Positions 1-8,784 of a stretch of DNA of 60,507 nucleotides are shown piece by piece. A program made the position numbers and the translations under genes. Position 1 is the first letter of the stretch. Each line of letters begins with the position of its first letter. A model generated the notes under the pieces. It did no database searches. It was given only the letters and a program-made list of their open reading frames with translations, and had not been told where the DNA came from. The DNA comes from Oscillospiraceae bacterium (GTDB taxonomy: Bacteria; Bacillota; Clostridia; Oscillospirales; Ruminococcaceae): assembly GCA_902789925.1 (NCBI GenBank), contig CADAPX010000001.1:1-60507 (forward strand), read 5' to 3'.

Positions 1-459
1 GGATATGATGTTCACAGGCTGGTTGAAAAAAGGAAGTTGATACTTTGCGGCCAAAACATAAAATATGACAAAGGATTGCTTGGCCATTCGGATGCTGATG
101 TTGCGACGCATGCTTTGATAGACGCAATTTGTGGGGCTGCTTCGTTTGGTGATATAGGTCGCTTATTTCCAGACACAGATGAGAAGTATCGCGGAATTAG
201 CAGTTTAAAACTTCTTGAAGTTGTTGCAAAAAAACTAGAAAATTCAAAATATAAAATATCAAACATAGATTTAACAATTATTGCTCAATCTCCAAAACTT
301 TCAAAATATATTGACTGTATGAAAAATAATATATCCGGAGTCTTAAAAATAGAAAATAATCAAATAAATATCAAAGCAACGACGGAGGAAGGTTTGGGTT
401 ATACAGGGAGTAATAAAGGAATAGCTGCGCACTGTGTTGTTTTAATATACAATTCGTAA
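1..459 (+). CDS. ispF: 2-C-methyl-D-erythritol 2,4-cyclodiphosphate synthase, 5' partial
   Basis: Frame 1 is open from base 1 (GYDVHRLVEKRKLILCG...). IspF motifs are present: GYDVHRL, GHSDADVATHA and FGDIGRLFPDTD. TAA stop at 457-459; the N-terminus lies outside the window. Confidence 0.9.
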   Translation, partial: GYDVHRLVEKRKLILCGQNIKYDKGLLGHSDADVATHALIDAICGAASFGDIGRLFPDTDEKYRGISSLKLLEVVAKKLENSKYKISNIDLTIIAQSPKLSKYIDCMKNNISGVLKIENNQINIKATTEEGLGYTGSNKGIAAHCVVLIYNS

Positions 460-614
460 TATGTTTTCACGAATTTTGTGGATTGTGGCATATTATAAAT
501 TAATGAGGCATTCAAAAATTGTCTCAATTCATGTTATTTTTAAAGCATGTTAGTAAAAAAATGTGTGCTGTGATATATAATGCAGGCAGATGAAGAAAAG
601 AGGCGTTAGTTAAT

Positions 615-854
615 TTGAATAAAAATTTAAACTCAGATTGCATATTAATCGAAATATCTTCAATCACCCTGGCTGAAAAAGCAAAAAGAATTTTAAAGTC
701 TAATGGAATACGTTCGGAAATTCGTCGTTCAGGAAAAGGGCTGGACGGTTGTGGATATCAGTTAAAGATAGTTGGCGACATAAAAAGAGCTCAAGCTTTG
801 ATTTCAAGCGCCAGAATACCGACTCACGGATCGTCTAGTTGCTGGAAACAATGA
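615..854 (+). CDS. DUF3343-like small protein (putative S/Se carrier-like)
   Basis: 79-aa ORF with a TTG start. Its size and pattern (ILIEISSITLAEKAKRILKSNGI...) resemble DUF3343 proteins, which usually sit next to class V aminotransferases. Its stop overlaps the next gene's start (ATGA). Confidence 0.5.
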   Translation: MNKNLNSDCILIEISSITLAEKAKRILKSNGIRSEIRRSGKGLDGCGYQLKIVGDIKRAQALISSARIPTHGSSSCWKQ

Positions 855-1987
855 TTTATTTTGACAATGCTGCGACAACATACCCAAAGCCAGAAACGGT
901 TTCAAAGTCGATTGCAACGGCAAATGTGCGGTATGGAGGAAATCCTGGCAGGAGCGGCCATAAGCTTTCACTGAAAACCGCAGAACGTGTATATTCAGTT
1001 CGAGAAGCGGCCGCTTTATTTTTTGGCGCAGAACCTGAAAATGTTGTTTTCACAAGCAATTGCACCGGCGCTTTAAACACTGTTATCTATGGTTTGTTTG
1101 AAAGAGGAAAAACCATTATAACCTCAAATTTGGAACACAACTCGGTCAGCCGCCCAGTATATAATATATTAAAAAGTGGGGACATTCGGTGGATACAGGT
1201 CGATGTTCACAAAAAGAATGATTTTGAAATAGTTGAAAGTTTTGATAAAAATATATCATCAGATTGCTGCTTGGTTGTTTGCGCCCACGCTTCAAACGTC
1301 ACAGGCCAGCTGCTTCCAGTTGAGAGAATATATCAAATTTGCAGATCAAAAGGGATCCCATTTGCGATTGATGTTGCGCAAACTGCGGGAGTTTTTCCGA
1401 CAAAAGTTGGCGTTCACGCAGACATTTTGTGCGCTTCAGGTCATAAAGGACTATATGGGCCTATGGGAACGGGGCTTTTAGTTTTAAATGGGGATTTTTT
1501 GCCAAAACCTCTAACTCAAGGGGGAACAGGGAGCTCTTCAATTTCGCTTGAGCCTTTAAAAATTCCGCCAGACTACTATGAATCCGGAACCATAAATGTC
1601 CCTGGGATTATTGGGCTTGGAGAGGGGCTGAACTTTGTTAAATGCAATGGCATTTCAAACATTCGAAATCATGAGCTTGGGCTTTGCAAATTGGCTTTAA
1701 ACCAGCTTCGTCGCGCAAATGTTTTGATATATACGGATGACTACTTTAAATGCGCTCCAATATTTTTGTTTAATTTTAAAAACATTTCGTGTATGGACGG
1801 GACAAAAATGCTGAGTGATATGGGATTTGCGGTTCGTGGAGGAATTCACTGCGCCCCTAGCGCACACAAAATGCTTGGAACTTTGCCAGAAGGAGCCATT
1901 CGTTTTTCACCATCTATTTTCAATAATAAAAGCCAGGTTTTGAGTTTTTGTCGAGCTATTAAGAAAATTTCAAACAAAGTGAAATAA
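851..1987 (+). CDS. class V aminotransferase / cysteine desulfurase-family PLP enzyme
   Basis: N-terminus MIYFDNAATTYPKP and PLP-lysine motif SGHKGLYGPMGTG. I chose the ATG at 851 over the TTG at 839 because of the ATGA overlap with the upstream stop and the canonical N-terminus. Confidence 0.85.
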   Translation: MIYFDNAATTYPKPETVSKSIATANVRYGGNPGRSGHKLSLKTAERVYSVREAAALFFGAEPENVVFTSNCTGALNTVIYGLFERGKTIITSNLEHNSVSRPVYNILKSGDIRWIQVDVHKKNDFEIVESFDKNISSDCCLVVCAHASNVTGQLLPVERIYQICRSKGIPFAIDVAQTAGVFPTKVGVHADILCASGHKGLYGPMGTGLLVLNGDFLPKPLTQGGTGSSSISLEPLKIPPDYYESGTINVPGIIGLGEGLNFVKCNGISNIRNHELGLCKLALNQLRRANVLIYTDDYFKCAPIFLFNFKNISCMDGTKMLSDMGFAVRGGIHCAPSAHKMLGTLPEGAIRFSPSIFNNKSQVLSFCRAIKKISNKVK

Positions 1988-1999
1988 TGAACGTATTTA

Positions 2000-2050
2000 A
2001 AAAGTCACATGATATGGAATTTTAGTCGTATTTTTGTGACTTTTTTGTTT
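2000..2050 (+). terminator. putative intrinsic terminator
   Basis: aaaagtcaca (2000-2009) pairs with tgtgactttt (2035-2044) and is followed by a T-run. The loop is long (about 25 nt), so confidence is moderate. Confidence 0.45.
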
Positions 2051-2055
2051 TGATT

Positions 2056-2252
2056 TTTGCATTGCTTTTGGGAACGAATTTGAGGGTGGGTTGAATTACA
2101 TATAGTAATATCATTAATAAGCCATCTTGTTTTAGTAGAGGCTCTCAAGGAACCCCTCGAGGACATTAGCCTACCAGTTGTTAAGTGTGAATGGAAAAAG
2201 CCGGGCATTTTACATTAGTTCAACCTACACAGTTGATGGTCTCATGGCGGCG
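2056..2252. repeat. mosaic intergenic repeat, copy 1 (modules A1-C1-B1)
   Basis: A1 (2056-2100, tttgcattgcttttgggaacgaatttgagggtgggttgaattaca) recurs at 2265. B1 (2195-2252) is about 75% identical to 38601-38661. C1 (2155-2177) matches 38523-38546 in reverse complement. Confidence 0.7.
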
Positions 2253-2264
2253 CTTGAAGAAGCT

Positions 2265-2400
2265 TTTGCATGGATTTTTGGGGACGAATTCGAGGACGGT
2301 TTGATTTACAAATAGTACTATCATTGGAAAGCCAGCTTTTTAAACAGAGGAAGTTGAGGGGACAAATATAACCCAAACCTAAAAAGCCAACTGATTTTTT
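2265..2400. repeat. mosaic intergenic repeat, copy 2 (module A2 plus degenerate B)
   Basis: tttgcatggatttttggggacgaattcgaggacggtttgatttaca aligns with 2056-2100 at a 209-nt offset (about 75% identity over about 85 nt). The tail aaaaagccaactgatttttt echoes aaaaagccgggcatttt of copy 1. Confidence 0.65.
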
Positions 2401-2412
2401 ATAATTTTTGAC

Positions 2413-2441
2413 TTGTTTCTTTTCAAACAAATTGGTATAAT
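2413..2441 (+). promoter_or_regulatory. sigma-A type promoter (extended -10) for the peptide-binding protein gene
   Basis: ttgttt (2413-2418), 17-nt spacer, then TGgTATAAT (2433-2441). Confidence 0.5.
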
Positions 2442-2499
2442 TTATATTATGTGGTTTTGCTTTAGAATATTTTTCTGGATTTGAGCGGAGTGGATTATT

Positions 2500-4161
2500 A
2501 TGAATTTGATTTTTAAAAGAATTGGTTTGAGATTTTTGAGTTTTTGCGTGATATTTTGCGTTTTATTTTTGACGTCTGGATGCGGCGGCGGGGGAGCTGG
2601 AAAGGTTTTGGGTTTCAGTTTGGCGACCGCTCCCGAAAACCTAGACCCCCAAACAGCCTCTAATTCAAGCGCCATAACAATAGTCAATAACATATTCGAA
2701 GGCCTATACAGGCGGACTCTGGATAATAAATTTGAGCTTGGAGCAGCCAAAAATGTTGACATCAGCCCAGACGGAAAAACATATACATACACGATAAAAG
2801 ATGACTTGAGCTGGAAATATTATAATTCTGAAAGCAAGATGGAGGATGGAACGGTTGTTGATTTTAAAGTGACGGCGGATGATTTTTTATTTGCTTTTCA
2901 AAGGCTGATGGATCCCGATGTCCAGACGCCATATTCTTCAAACTATTATTTTATTAAAAATGCAAAAAGCGTTAAAGAGGGAAGAAAGCCGCCAAGCAGC
3001 CTGGGAGTTCGAGTTAATCAAGAGGGGCAGCTTGTGATTGAAATAGAGCGAAAAACTCCGCTTATGGAAGAGCTTTTGGCTTCTGCTCCCGCAATGCCTT
3101 GCAACAGGGAATTTTTTAGATTGACAAGGGGAAGGTATGGCGTCAAAGGGGCAATGCTTTTGTCTAATGGGCCGTATTACGTTCACATGTGGCAAAACAC
3201 GGATGATGCTAGGAAAGTTCGGCTAAAGGCGAATGAAAAATACTATGATCGTGATAAAATTTCGATTTTGGGAATTAATCTAACAGTCCGCGGAAAAACA
3301 GAAGCGTTTGAACTATATCGCAAAAACGACATAGACACGGCAATAATCAGCTATGACCAGCTTAAATCGGCAAAAATTCCGCAAAATTTAACTAAACCTT
3401 TTCAAAACAGCGTGGTTGGAATTGGCCTGAATCAGTCCAGCAAATATTTTGAAAATGAAAAAATTCGAAAAGCTCTGGCCATGGCGATTGATCGAGAGCA
3501 GCTGCAAAATTTGCTTAGGGAGGATCAATCGATTGCATGGGCGCTTGTCCCGAATTCTGTGACGATCGGAAGCGAAAACTATAGGGAAGCTTCGGGGGAC
3601 TTTGCTGTCCCGGCCTATAACCCAGAAAAAGCCAAGGATCTTTTAAAGCAGGGGATTTCGGAGCTTAAATCAGGTTATATTGGAGCAAGCCTGAATTCAG
3701 TTTCCATTTTGGTTGACGAGGAAAAATATTCTGCGCTTGATCAAATACTTCAAACATGGCAAAAGCAGCTGGGAATTTTTATGCAAATTGACGCCCAGCC
3801 CAAGGAAAATTATTTAAAAAAGCTGAAAAATGGCGAATTTGACTGTGTATTAATGACAATAAGCAGCGATTCAGACACTCCGTCGTCTGTTTTAAACAAA
3901 TTCTCAAAAGAGTCTTCTTTTAATCATATAAACGCAAATCTTTCAGGATATCAAGAAATTTTAAACAGCGCATCTTTACAGGAAGATTTTGAAGCTATGT
4001 CGAATAAATATCTGGAGGCTGAAAAATTTATTTGCTATTCTGGAAATTTTATGCCTATTTATTACCAAACTGAATATTTTGTCTGGCAAAACAATTTAAA
4101 AGATCTCATATTCGACCCAGGAAGCAAGCAACTATACTATATGTATGCTCGCAAAGAATAA
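2500..4161 (+). CDS. ABC transporter substrate-binding lipoprotein, family 5 (oligopeptide/nickel type)
   Basis: Lipoprotein signal with lipobox LTSGC followed by a GGGGAG linker. Sequence is family-5 SBP-like throughout (ENLDPQTA, NIFEGLY). No permease or ATPase genes are adjacent. Confidence 0.85.
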   Translation: MNLIFKRIGLRFLSFCVIFCVLFLTSGCGGGGAGKVLGFSLATAPENLDPQTASNSSAITIVNNIFEGLYRRTLDNKFELGAAKNVDISPDGKTYTYTIKDDLSWKYYNSESKMEDGTVVDFKVTADDFLFAFQRLMDPDVQTPYSSNYYFIKNAKSVKEGRKPPSSLGVRVNQEGQLVIEIERKTPLMEELLASAPAMPCNREFFRLTRGRYGVKGAMLLSNGPYYVHMWQNTDDARKVRLKANEKYYDRDKISILGINLTVRGKTEAFELYRKNDIDTAIISYDQLKSAKIPQNLTKPFQNSVVGIGLNQSSKYFENEKIRKALAMAIDREQLQNLLREDQSIAWALVPNSVTIGSENYREASGDFAVPAYNPEKAKDLLKQGISELKSGYIGASLNSVSILVDEEKYSALDQILQTWQKQLGIFMQIDAQPKENYLKKLKNGEFDCVLMTISSDSDTPSSVLNKFSKESSFNHINANLSGYQEILNSASLQEDFEAMSNKYLEAEKFICYSGNFMPIYYQTEYFVWQNNLKDLIFDPGSKQLYYMYARKE

Positions 4162-4186
4162 AATGACCATTTGTTTTAAAATCTAA

Positions 4187-6007
4187 TCATTCAACTGTTA
4201 CAGATTTTGCCAGGTTTCTTGGCCGATCAACATCACAGCCTCGCAAAACTGCGGTGTGGTATGCAAAAAGCTGCAAAGGGACAATTGAACATAGAGGTGT
4301 GAAAATATCCATATTGCTTGGAATTTTAACAACTAGGTCGGTTAAAGATTTGTCTATTGGAGAATTTTCGTTGCATATCAAAACAACTTTGGCGCCGCGG
4401 GCTTTGACTTCTTTTAGGTTGCTGATGGTTTTTGCGTATAGATCATCCTGGGTTGCGATCGCGATAACCGGTGTGTTTTCTTCGATCAGGGAGATTGTTC
4501 CATGTTTGAGCTCGCCAGCAGCATAGGCTTCGCTGTGGATATATGACAGTTCTTTAAGCTTGAGCGAGGCTTCGAGGGATATGCAGTAGTCAACGCCTCT
4601 TCCTATGAAAAAAACATCTTTTGAATTTTGAAAAATATTCGAAAGTTTTAGGATTTGATCGTCAGTTTCAAGGGTTTTTTCAATTTTGTTGGGAATATCC
4701 CGCAATTTTTCACACAATTTGTAGCATTCATTATCAGAAATTTTTTCAAAAACATTTGCAAGCTTAATTGCAAGCAGATATAGCGCAACCATTTGAACAG
4801 TGAATGCTTTGGTTGACGCAACGGAAATTTCAGGGCCTGCGTGGGTGTATAGGACGCTGTCGGCCTCCCGCGCAATTGACGAGCCGACGACGTTGACAAC
4901 AGCCAGCGTTAAAATGTTTTTTTCTCGAGCGAGCCTCAAAGCTGCCAGGCTGTCGGCGGTTTCTCCGGATTGTGAAATTATTACTATTAAATCCTCTTTG
5001 GAAATTATTGGGTTTTTATATCGAAATTCGGATGCTATTTCAACTTCAACCGGGATTTTGGCAAGCTTTTCTATGATATATTTTCCAACCATGCCCGCGT
5101 GCATCGCCGTTCCGCAAGCAACTATGTGAATTTTTTTAAGGCTTTTGAGTTTTTTATCAGATAAGTTTTTTATTTTCAACTCCAACCTGTCGCCGTCAAA
5201 ATGAAGCCCCATACACCTTTTTGCAGCTTTGGGCTGTTCAAAAATTTCTTTGAGCATAAAGTGGCTAAAGCCATTTTTTTCAGCAGATTCAACGTCCCAA
5301 TCGACTGTTTGGATCTTTTTTTGAATTTTATTTTTTTGCAAATCAACAACTTTGACGGAATCTTTAGTCAAAATTGCGATTTCGCCCTGATCTAGAAGCA
5401 TATATTTTTTAGTGTGTTTGATGATTGCGGGAACATCCGACGCAATAAAATTTTCAGATTTTCCAACTCCAATGATTAAGGGGCTGTTTTTGCGGATGGC
5501 GTAGATTTTATCGGGTTGATCTTCAAAAAGAATTCCCAAAGAATATGAACCTTCAAGCTTTTTTGAGGCCTCGATGATGGCTTGAACTGGGTCTTTGTCA
5601 TATAAAAAGTCCAAAAGCGCCGCAACAATTTCCGAATCAGTTTCGGTTTTGAAAATATAATTTTTTTCGGCCAGAAATTGCTTAATTTGCAGGTAGTTTT
5701 CGATTATTCCGTTGTGGACAATAGTGACTCTTCCCTGGGAATGGGGATGTGAATTTAAGTCTGAGGGCTTTCCATGGGTTGCCCAGCGGGTATGCCCAAT
5801 GCCGCATGTTCCGTTAAGTGGTGAGTTTTTTTCAATATATTCTTTTAAATTATTTAATTTTCCGCATTTTTTCATTATAGATATATTATTTTCGTTAAAT
5901 ATGGCAATCCCAGCAGAATCATATCCGCGATATTCCAGGCGACTTAAGCCGTCTAAAATGCATTCCACACAATTAGATTTACCAACATATCCGACAATTC
6001 CACACAT
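4187..6007 (-). CDS. glmS: glutamine--fructose-6-phosphate aminotransferase (isomerising)
   Basis: MCGIVGYVG N-terminus; the catalytic Cys must directly follow the initiator Met, so the second ATG at 6007 is used. Two SIS domains are present, with C-terminus NLAKSVTVE and a TGA stop. Confidence 0.95.
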   Translation of the reverse strand: MCGIVGYVGKSNCVECILDGLSRLEYRGYDSAGIAIFNENNISIMKKCGKLNNLKEYIEKNSPLNGTCGIGHTRWATHGKPSDLNSHPHSQGRVTIVHNGIIENYLQIKQFLAEKNYIFKTETDSEIVAALLDFLYDKDPVQAIIEASKKLEGSYSLGILFEDQPDKIYAIRKNSPLIIGVGKSENFIASDVPAIIKHTKKYMLLDQGEIAILTKDSVKVVDLQKNKIQKKIQTVDWDVESAEKNGFSHFMLKEIFEQPKAAKRCMGLHFDGDRLELKIKNLSDKKLKSLKKIHIVACGTAMHAGMVGKYIIEKLAKIPVEVEIASEFRYKNPIISKEDLIVIISQSGETADSLAALRLAREKNILTLAVVNVVGSSIAREADSVLYTHAGPEISVASTKAFTVQMVALYLLAIKLANVFEKISDNECYKLCEKLRDIPNKIEKTLETDDQILKLSNIFQNSKDVFFIGRGVDYCISLEASLKLKELSYIHSEAYAAGELKHGTISLIEENTPVIAIATQDDLYAKTISNLKEVKARGAKVVLICNENSPIDKSLTDLVVKIPSNMDIFTPLCSIVPLQLFAYHTAVLRGCDVDRPRNLAKSVTVE

Positions 6008-6039
6008 TATACTTTTCATTTCCTTTCTAAAACTAATGG

Positions 6040-6207
6040 GATGACGAAATCAACAGCCACTTTACAACGCAAATTTGCGCATTGCTTTTTTTGACTGTCT
6101 ATCGACCAATCGTCAAAGCCGGGAGGGCAGCCGCTTAAAAATTTGATTAAACCTTTGTCTTAAAAATTGGAAAAAGTCCAAAATCGATCCAGCGAGCCCA
6201 GCGCTAT
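6040..6207 (-). ncRNA. glmS: glmS ribozyme/riboswitch leader
   Basis: The minus-strand RNA reads AUA/GCGCUGGGCUCGCUGG...UUAAGACAAAGG...AAGCGGCUGCCCUCCCGGCU...GACGAUUGGUCGAUAGACAGUC. These match the A/GCGCC cleavage-site start, the AAGACGAGG core and the CGGCGGAUGCCUCCCGGCU core strand of Firmicute glmS ribozymes. It lies directly 5' of glmS. Confidence 0.8.
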
Positions 6208-6260
6208 TTTTTATGTTTTGCCGCTAAATTTTTTTAGCTCAAAAAGCAATCACATTCTAC

Positions 6261-6290
6261 ATTTTACACGTTAATTTGTCATATGTCAAA
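6261..6290 (-). promoter_or_regulatory. promoter of the glmS leader
   Basis: On the minus strand: TTGACA (6290-6285), 17-nt spacer, TAAAAT (6266-6261), about 50 nt upstream of the ribozyme start. Confidence 0.6.
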
Positions 6291-6689
6291 CCAATATTTT
6301 TCACGTTTGGTTTAATTTTTTGATGCAAATCAAGTGATACTAGGTGTATGATCGGTTTTTCGAAAATATGCGAATCTTTCGATTAATTTCTTGCAAATTA
6401 GTCAAGTTTGTATCCTTTAGATAAAAAAACACATTCGTATTTGGCATTATTTTTAAAGTTTGAATTTAAGCTTGAAGTTGCTTAGTGAAACTGGGTTTTA
6501 AAAATAAAAATAAAATATTTTTTTTGAAAAATAATTTTTAATTTATCTTTCAAGCCAAGCTCAAAAAAACCGATGAAACAGGGGAATATTGCGAATTGGT
6601 ATGCCTTATTTTTTTGTTACATTTGGTATGCTAATCGTTTGATTATACATTTTGTTTTTTGAGTTTAAATTTTTCGAGCTTTTTTGCTA

Positions 6690-6718
6690 TTGATTTTTTT
6701 ATTTGCTTGGGTTATAAT
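6690..6718 (+). promoter_or_regulatory. dcw cluster (mraZ) promoter
   Basis: ttgatt (6690-6695), 17-nt spacer, tataat (6713-6718). Confidence 0.55.
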
Positions 6719-6724
6719 TGGTTT

Positions 6725-6751
6725 GCGTTGGTTTGAAGTGGGTTAGGGTGG
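6725..6751 (+). promoter_or_regulatory. candidate MraZ operator (10-bp phased direct repeats)
   Basis: GCGTTGG-ttt-GAAGTGG-gtt-AGGGTGG lies immediately downstream of the -10. It resembles the phased GTGG-containing MraZ boxes described in E. coli (TGGGN repeats) and Mollicutes (AAAGTG[T/G]). Confidence 0.4.
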
Positions 6752-6797
6752 TTGGATTGATTCTCGCTCTTCTTGTTTTAAAAGGAGGTCTTTTGCG

Positions 6798-7217
6798 GTG
6801 TTGATTGGGGAACATAGTCATTTAATTGACGCCAAAGGACGACTTAACTTTCCGTCTAAAATGAGGGAAGTTTTTGGAGACCGGTTTATCGTCACTCGTG
6901 GATTTGATCGCTGTTTGAATGTATACTCGTTGCAAGAATGGTTTAGATTAGAAAATAGCATTAAAGACCTCCCTCGAAACAAAAGGCGCGATATTGAGCG
7001 GTTTTTCTTTTCTGGAGCGATTGAAGTTGTTCCAGATAAACAAGGAAGAATTGTCATATCCCCCACTTTGAGAGAGTATGCCCAGCTTGAAAGAAACATT
7101 GTTGTTGTTGGAGCTTCAGACCACGCTGAGATCTGGGATGAGGCGGCTTGGAAAAAGGAATTTGACAAGTTGTCTCCAGAATCTATAACGAAAATTATGG
7201 ACGATCTTGATTTTTAA
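6798..7217 (+). CDS. mraZ: transcriptional regulator MraZ
   Basis: GEHSHLIDAKGRLNFP and the second-half DKQGRIVISPTLREYA give the duplicated SpoVT/AbrB-like MraZ repeats. GTG start after aaaggagg; first gene of the dcw cluster. Confidence 0.9.
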   Translation: MLIGEHSHLIDAKGRLNFPSKMREVFGDRFIVTRGFDRCLNVYSLQEWFRLENSIKDLPRNKRRDIERFFFSGAIEVVPDKQGRIVISPTLREYAQLERNIVVVGASDHAEIWDEAAWKKEFDKLSPESITKIMDDLDF

Positions 7218-7244
7218 CCAACTTCTTCGTTTTTTTGAAAGGGG

Positions 7245-8177
7245 ATGAAAAAAATTGAGATTTTTTCTCACAATCCTGTTTTGCTAAAAGAGTGTGTTGA
7301 AGGCCTGGAAATCAAGCCTGAAGGGACATATGTTGACGCAACGGTTGGAGGAGCTGGCCATTCGATTGAGATCGCAAGAAAGCTCGAAAGCGGGAAATTG
7401 TTTGCGTTTGACAGGGATCCCGATGCTGTTTTGGTTTCAAAAAAAAGGCTCTCTTCATATCCGGCTTTTGTTATAAATTCGAATTTTTGCGAGATGAAAA
7501 AGCGCCTTGAATCCAGGGGAATTCGCGAGGTTGACGGAATTTTAATAGACTTGGGAGTTTCTTCATATCAGCTTGATAATCCAAAAAGAGGCTTTTCATA
7601 TAGACATGACGGCGCTTTAGACATGCGCATGAGCAAACAGGGGGTGACGGCAGCTGAAATTGTCAATAAATTTTCCGAAGAAGAATTAATTGAGATTTTG
7701 AAAAAATATGGCCAGGAGAGGTTTGCAAGGTCTATAGCTGCAAACATTGTTAAAAGAAGGTCTCAAAAATTAATCCAAACAACCCTGGATTTGGCAAACA
7801 TAATAAAATTTTCTATTCCTGCAAAATTTCGAAGAAACAAGAATCCGTGTAAAAAAAGTTTTCAAGCAATTCGAATAGCTGTTAATGGCGAGCTAGAAAG
7901 CCTGGAAATCGGGCTTGAGGCCTCGTTTGATCTGCTAAAAGCCGGAGGGAGGCTTCTGGTGATAACCTTTCATTCGCTTGAGGATCGGCTGGTTAAACAA
8001 AAATATAAAATTTGGAGCAGGGGGTGTGTGTGTCCTCCGAAATCCCCGATATGTGTGTGTGGGAATGTTCCTTTGGCAAAACTAGTAAATAAAAAAGCAA
8101 TCAGGCCCAGCGACTTGGAAATTGCAACTAATCCAAGAAGCAAGAGCGCGAAATTGAGAATTTTAGAAAAGCTTTAA
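7245..8177 (+). CDS. rsmH: 16S rRNA (cytosine1402-N4)-methyltransferase
   Basis: HNPVLLKE, DATVGGAGHS, DLGVSSYQLD and ITFHSLEDR motifs, in the position after mraZ. Confidence 0.95.
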   Translation: MKKIEIFSHNPVLLKECVEGLEIKPEGTYVDATVGGAGHSIEIARKLESGKLFAFDRDPDAVLVSKKRLSSYPAFVINSNFCEMKKRLESRGIREVDGILIDLGVSSYQLDNPKRGFSYRHDGALDMRMSKQGVTAAEIVNKFSEEELIEILKKYGQERFARSIAANIVKRRSQKLIQTTLDLANIIKFSIPAKFRRNKNPCKKSFQAIRIAVNGELESLEIGLEASFDLLKAGGRLLVITFHSLEDRLVKQKYKIWSRGCVCPPKSPICVCGNVPLAKLVNKKAIRPSDLEIATNPRSKSAKLRILEKL

Positions 8178-8211
8178 TTTTTATTCAAAAAGGGGAGGCG
8201 TGTTTTTTTAA

Positions 8212-8658
8212 ATGACGTTCAAAACAAATTTGGCCTATAGCAGGGATGCGTTGCCGCGCGAGCAAAAAAGCCCTGCCAGAATCAAAAGAGTTAGAAGTTT
8301 CCGAAAGTTTAATCCGATCCGTTCAATATTTGCTGTTTTGATTGTTTCGGGATTGCTTGTTTTTTTGATTTTCAGCATGGTTAGGATGAACGAAATGGTT
8401 TTTGAGGTGAATTCGCTTGAAAAAGAATATAGAGTCCAGCAAAGTGAATATATTAGACTAAACTGTGAGCTTGAGCGGAAGATGGGCTATTTAAATCTAG
8501 AGGAATATGCGAAGGCAAAATGGGGAATGAAAAAGCAATCTAGCAATCAAATAATTTATGTTAACAGTTCTTTGGGAAACTCGATTGAAATTGATGAGGA
8601 AAATTCAAAAAACATTTTGGATAGCTTTATTGACGCCATAAACAATCTTTTTTCATAA
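8212..8658 (+). CDS. ftsL: cell division protein FtsL-like (single-pass, coiled coil)
   Basis: One TM segment (IFAVLIVSGLLVFLIFSMV) followed by a coiled-coil region. Canonical position between rsmH and the division PBP. Confidence 0.7.
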   Translation: MTFKTNLAYSRDALPREQKSPARIKRVRSFRKFNPIRSIFAVLIVSGLLVFLIFSMVRMNEMVFEVNSLEKEYRVQQSEYIRLNCELERKMGYLNLEEYAKAKWGMKKQSSNQIIYVNSSLGNSIEIDEENSKNILDSFIDAINNLFS

Positions 8659-8784
8659 ATATAGCTTGTGTGAATATGATAATATATAGGCATGTTTTGA
8701 TATTTTGAATTATATCGCATTTTTTAGTTTGTTTTGGATATTTTCGCGAGTTTTTGACGCATATTCGATTATGGAGGATTTTTT

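Noticed and set aside
2244-2315. Small peptide ORF inside the repeat (MAALEEAFAWIFGDEFEDGLIYK), with a similar frame in copy 1 (…FGNEFEGGLNYI).
   Set aside because: It has no SD. Copy 1 lacks a start codon in that frame, and the copy at 38.7 kb has an upstream in-frame stop. The similarity is at the nucleotide level and not biased to synonymous sites.
6300-6690. About 400 bp of ORF-free AT-rich DNA between the glmS and mraZ promoters, considered as a possible sRNA or mobile-element scar.
   Set aside because: I found no repeats, hairpin-plus-U terminators, inverted termini or similarity to the other repeat modules. It is most simply a long divergent regulatory region.
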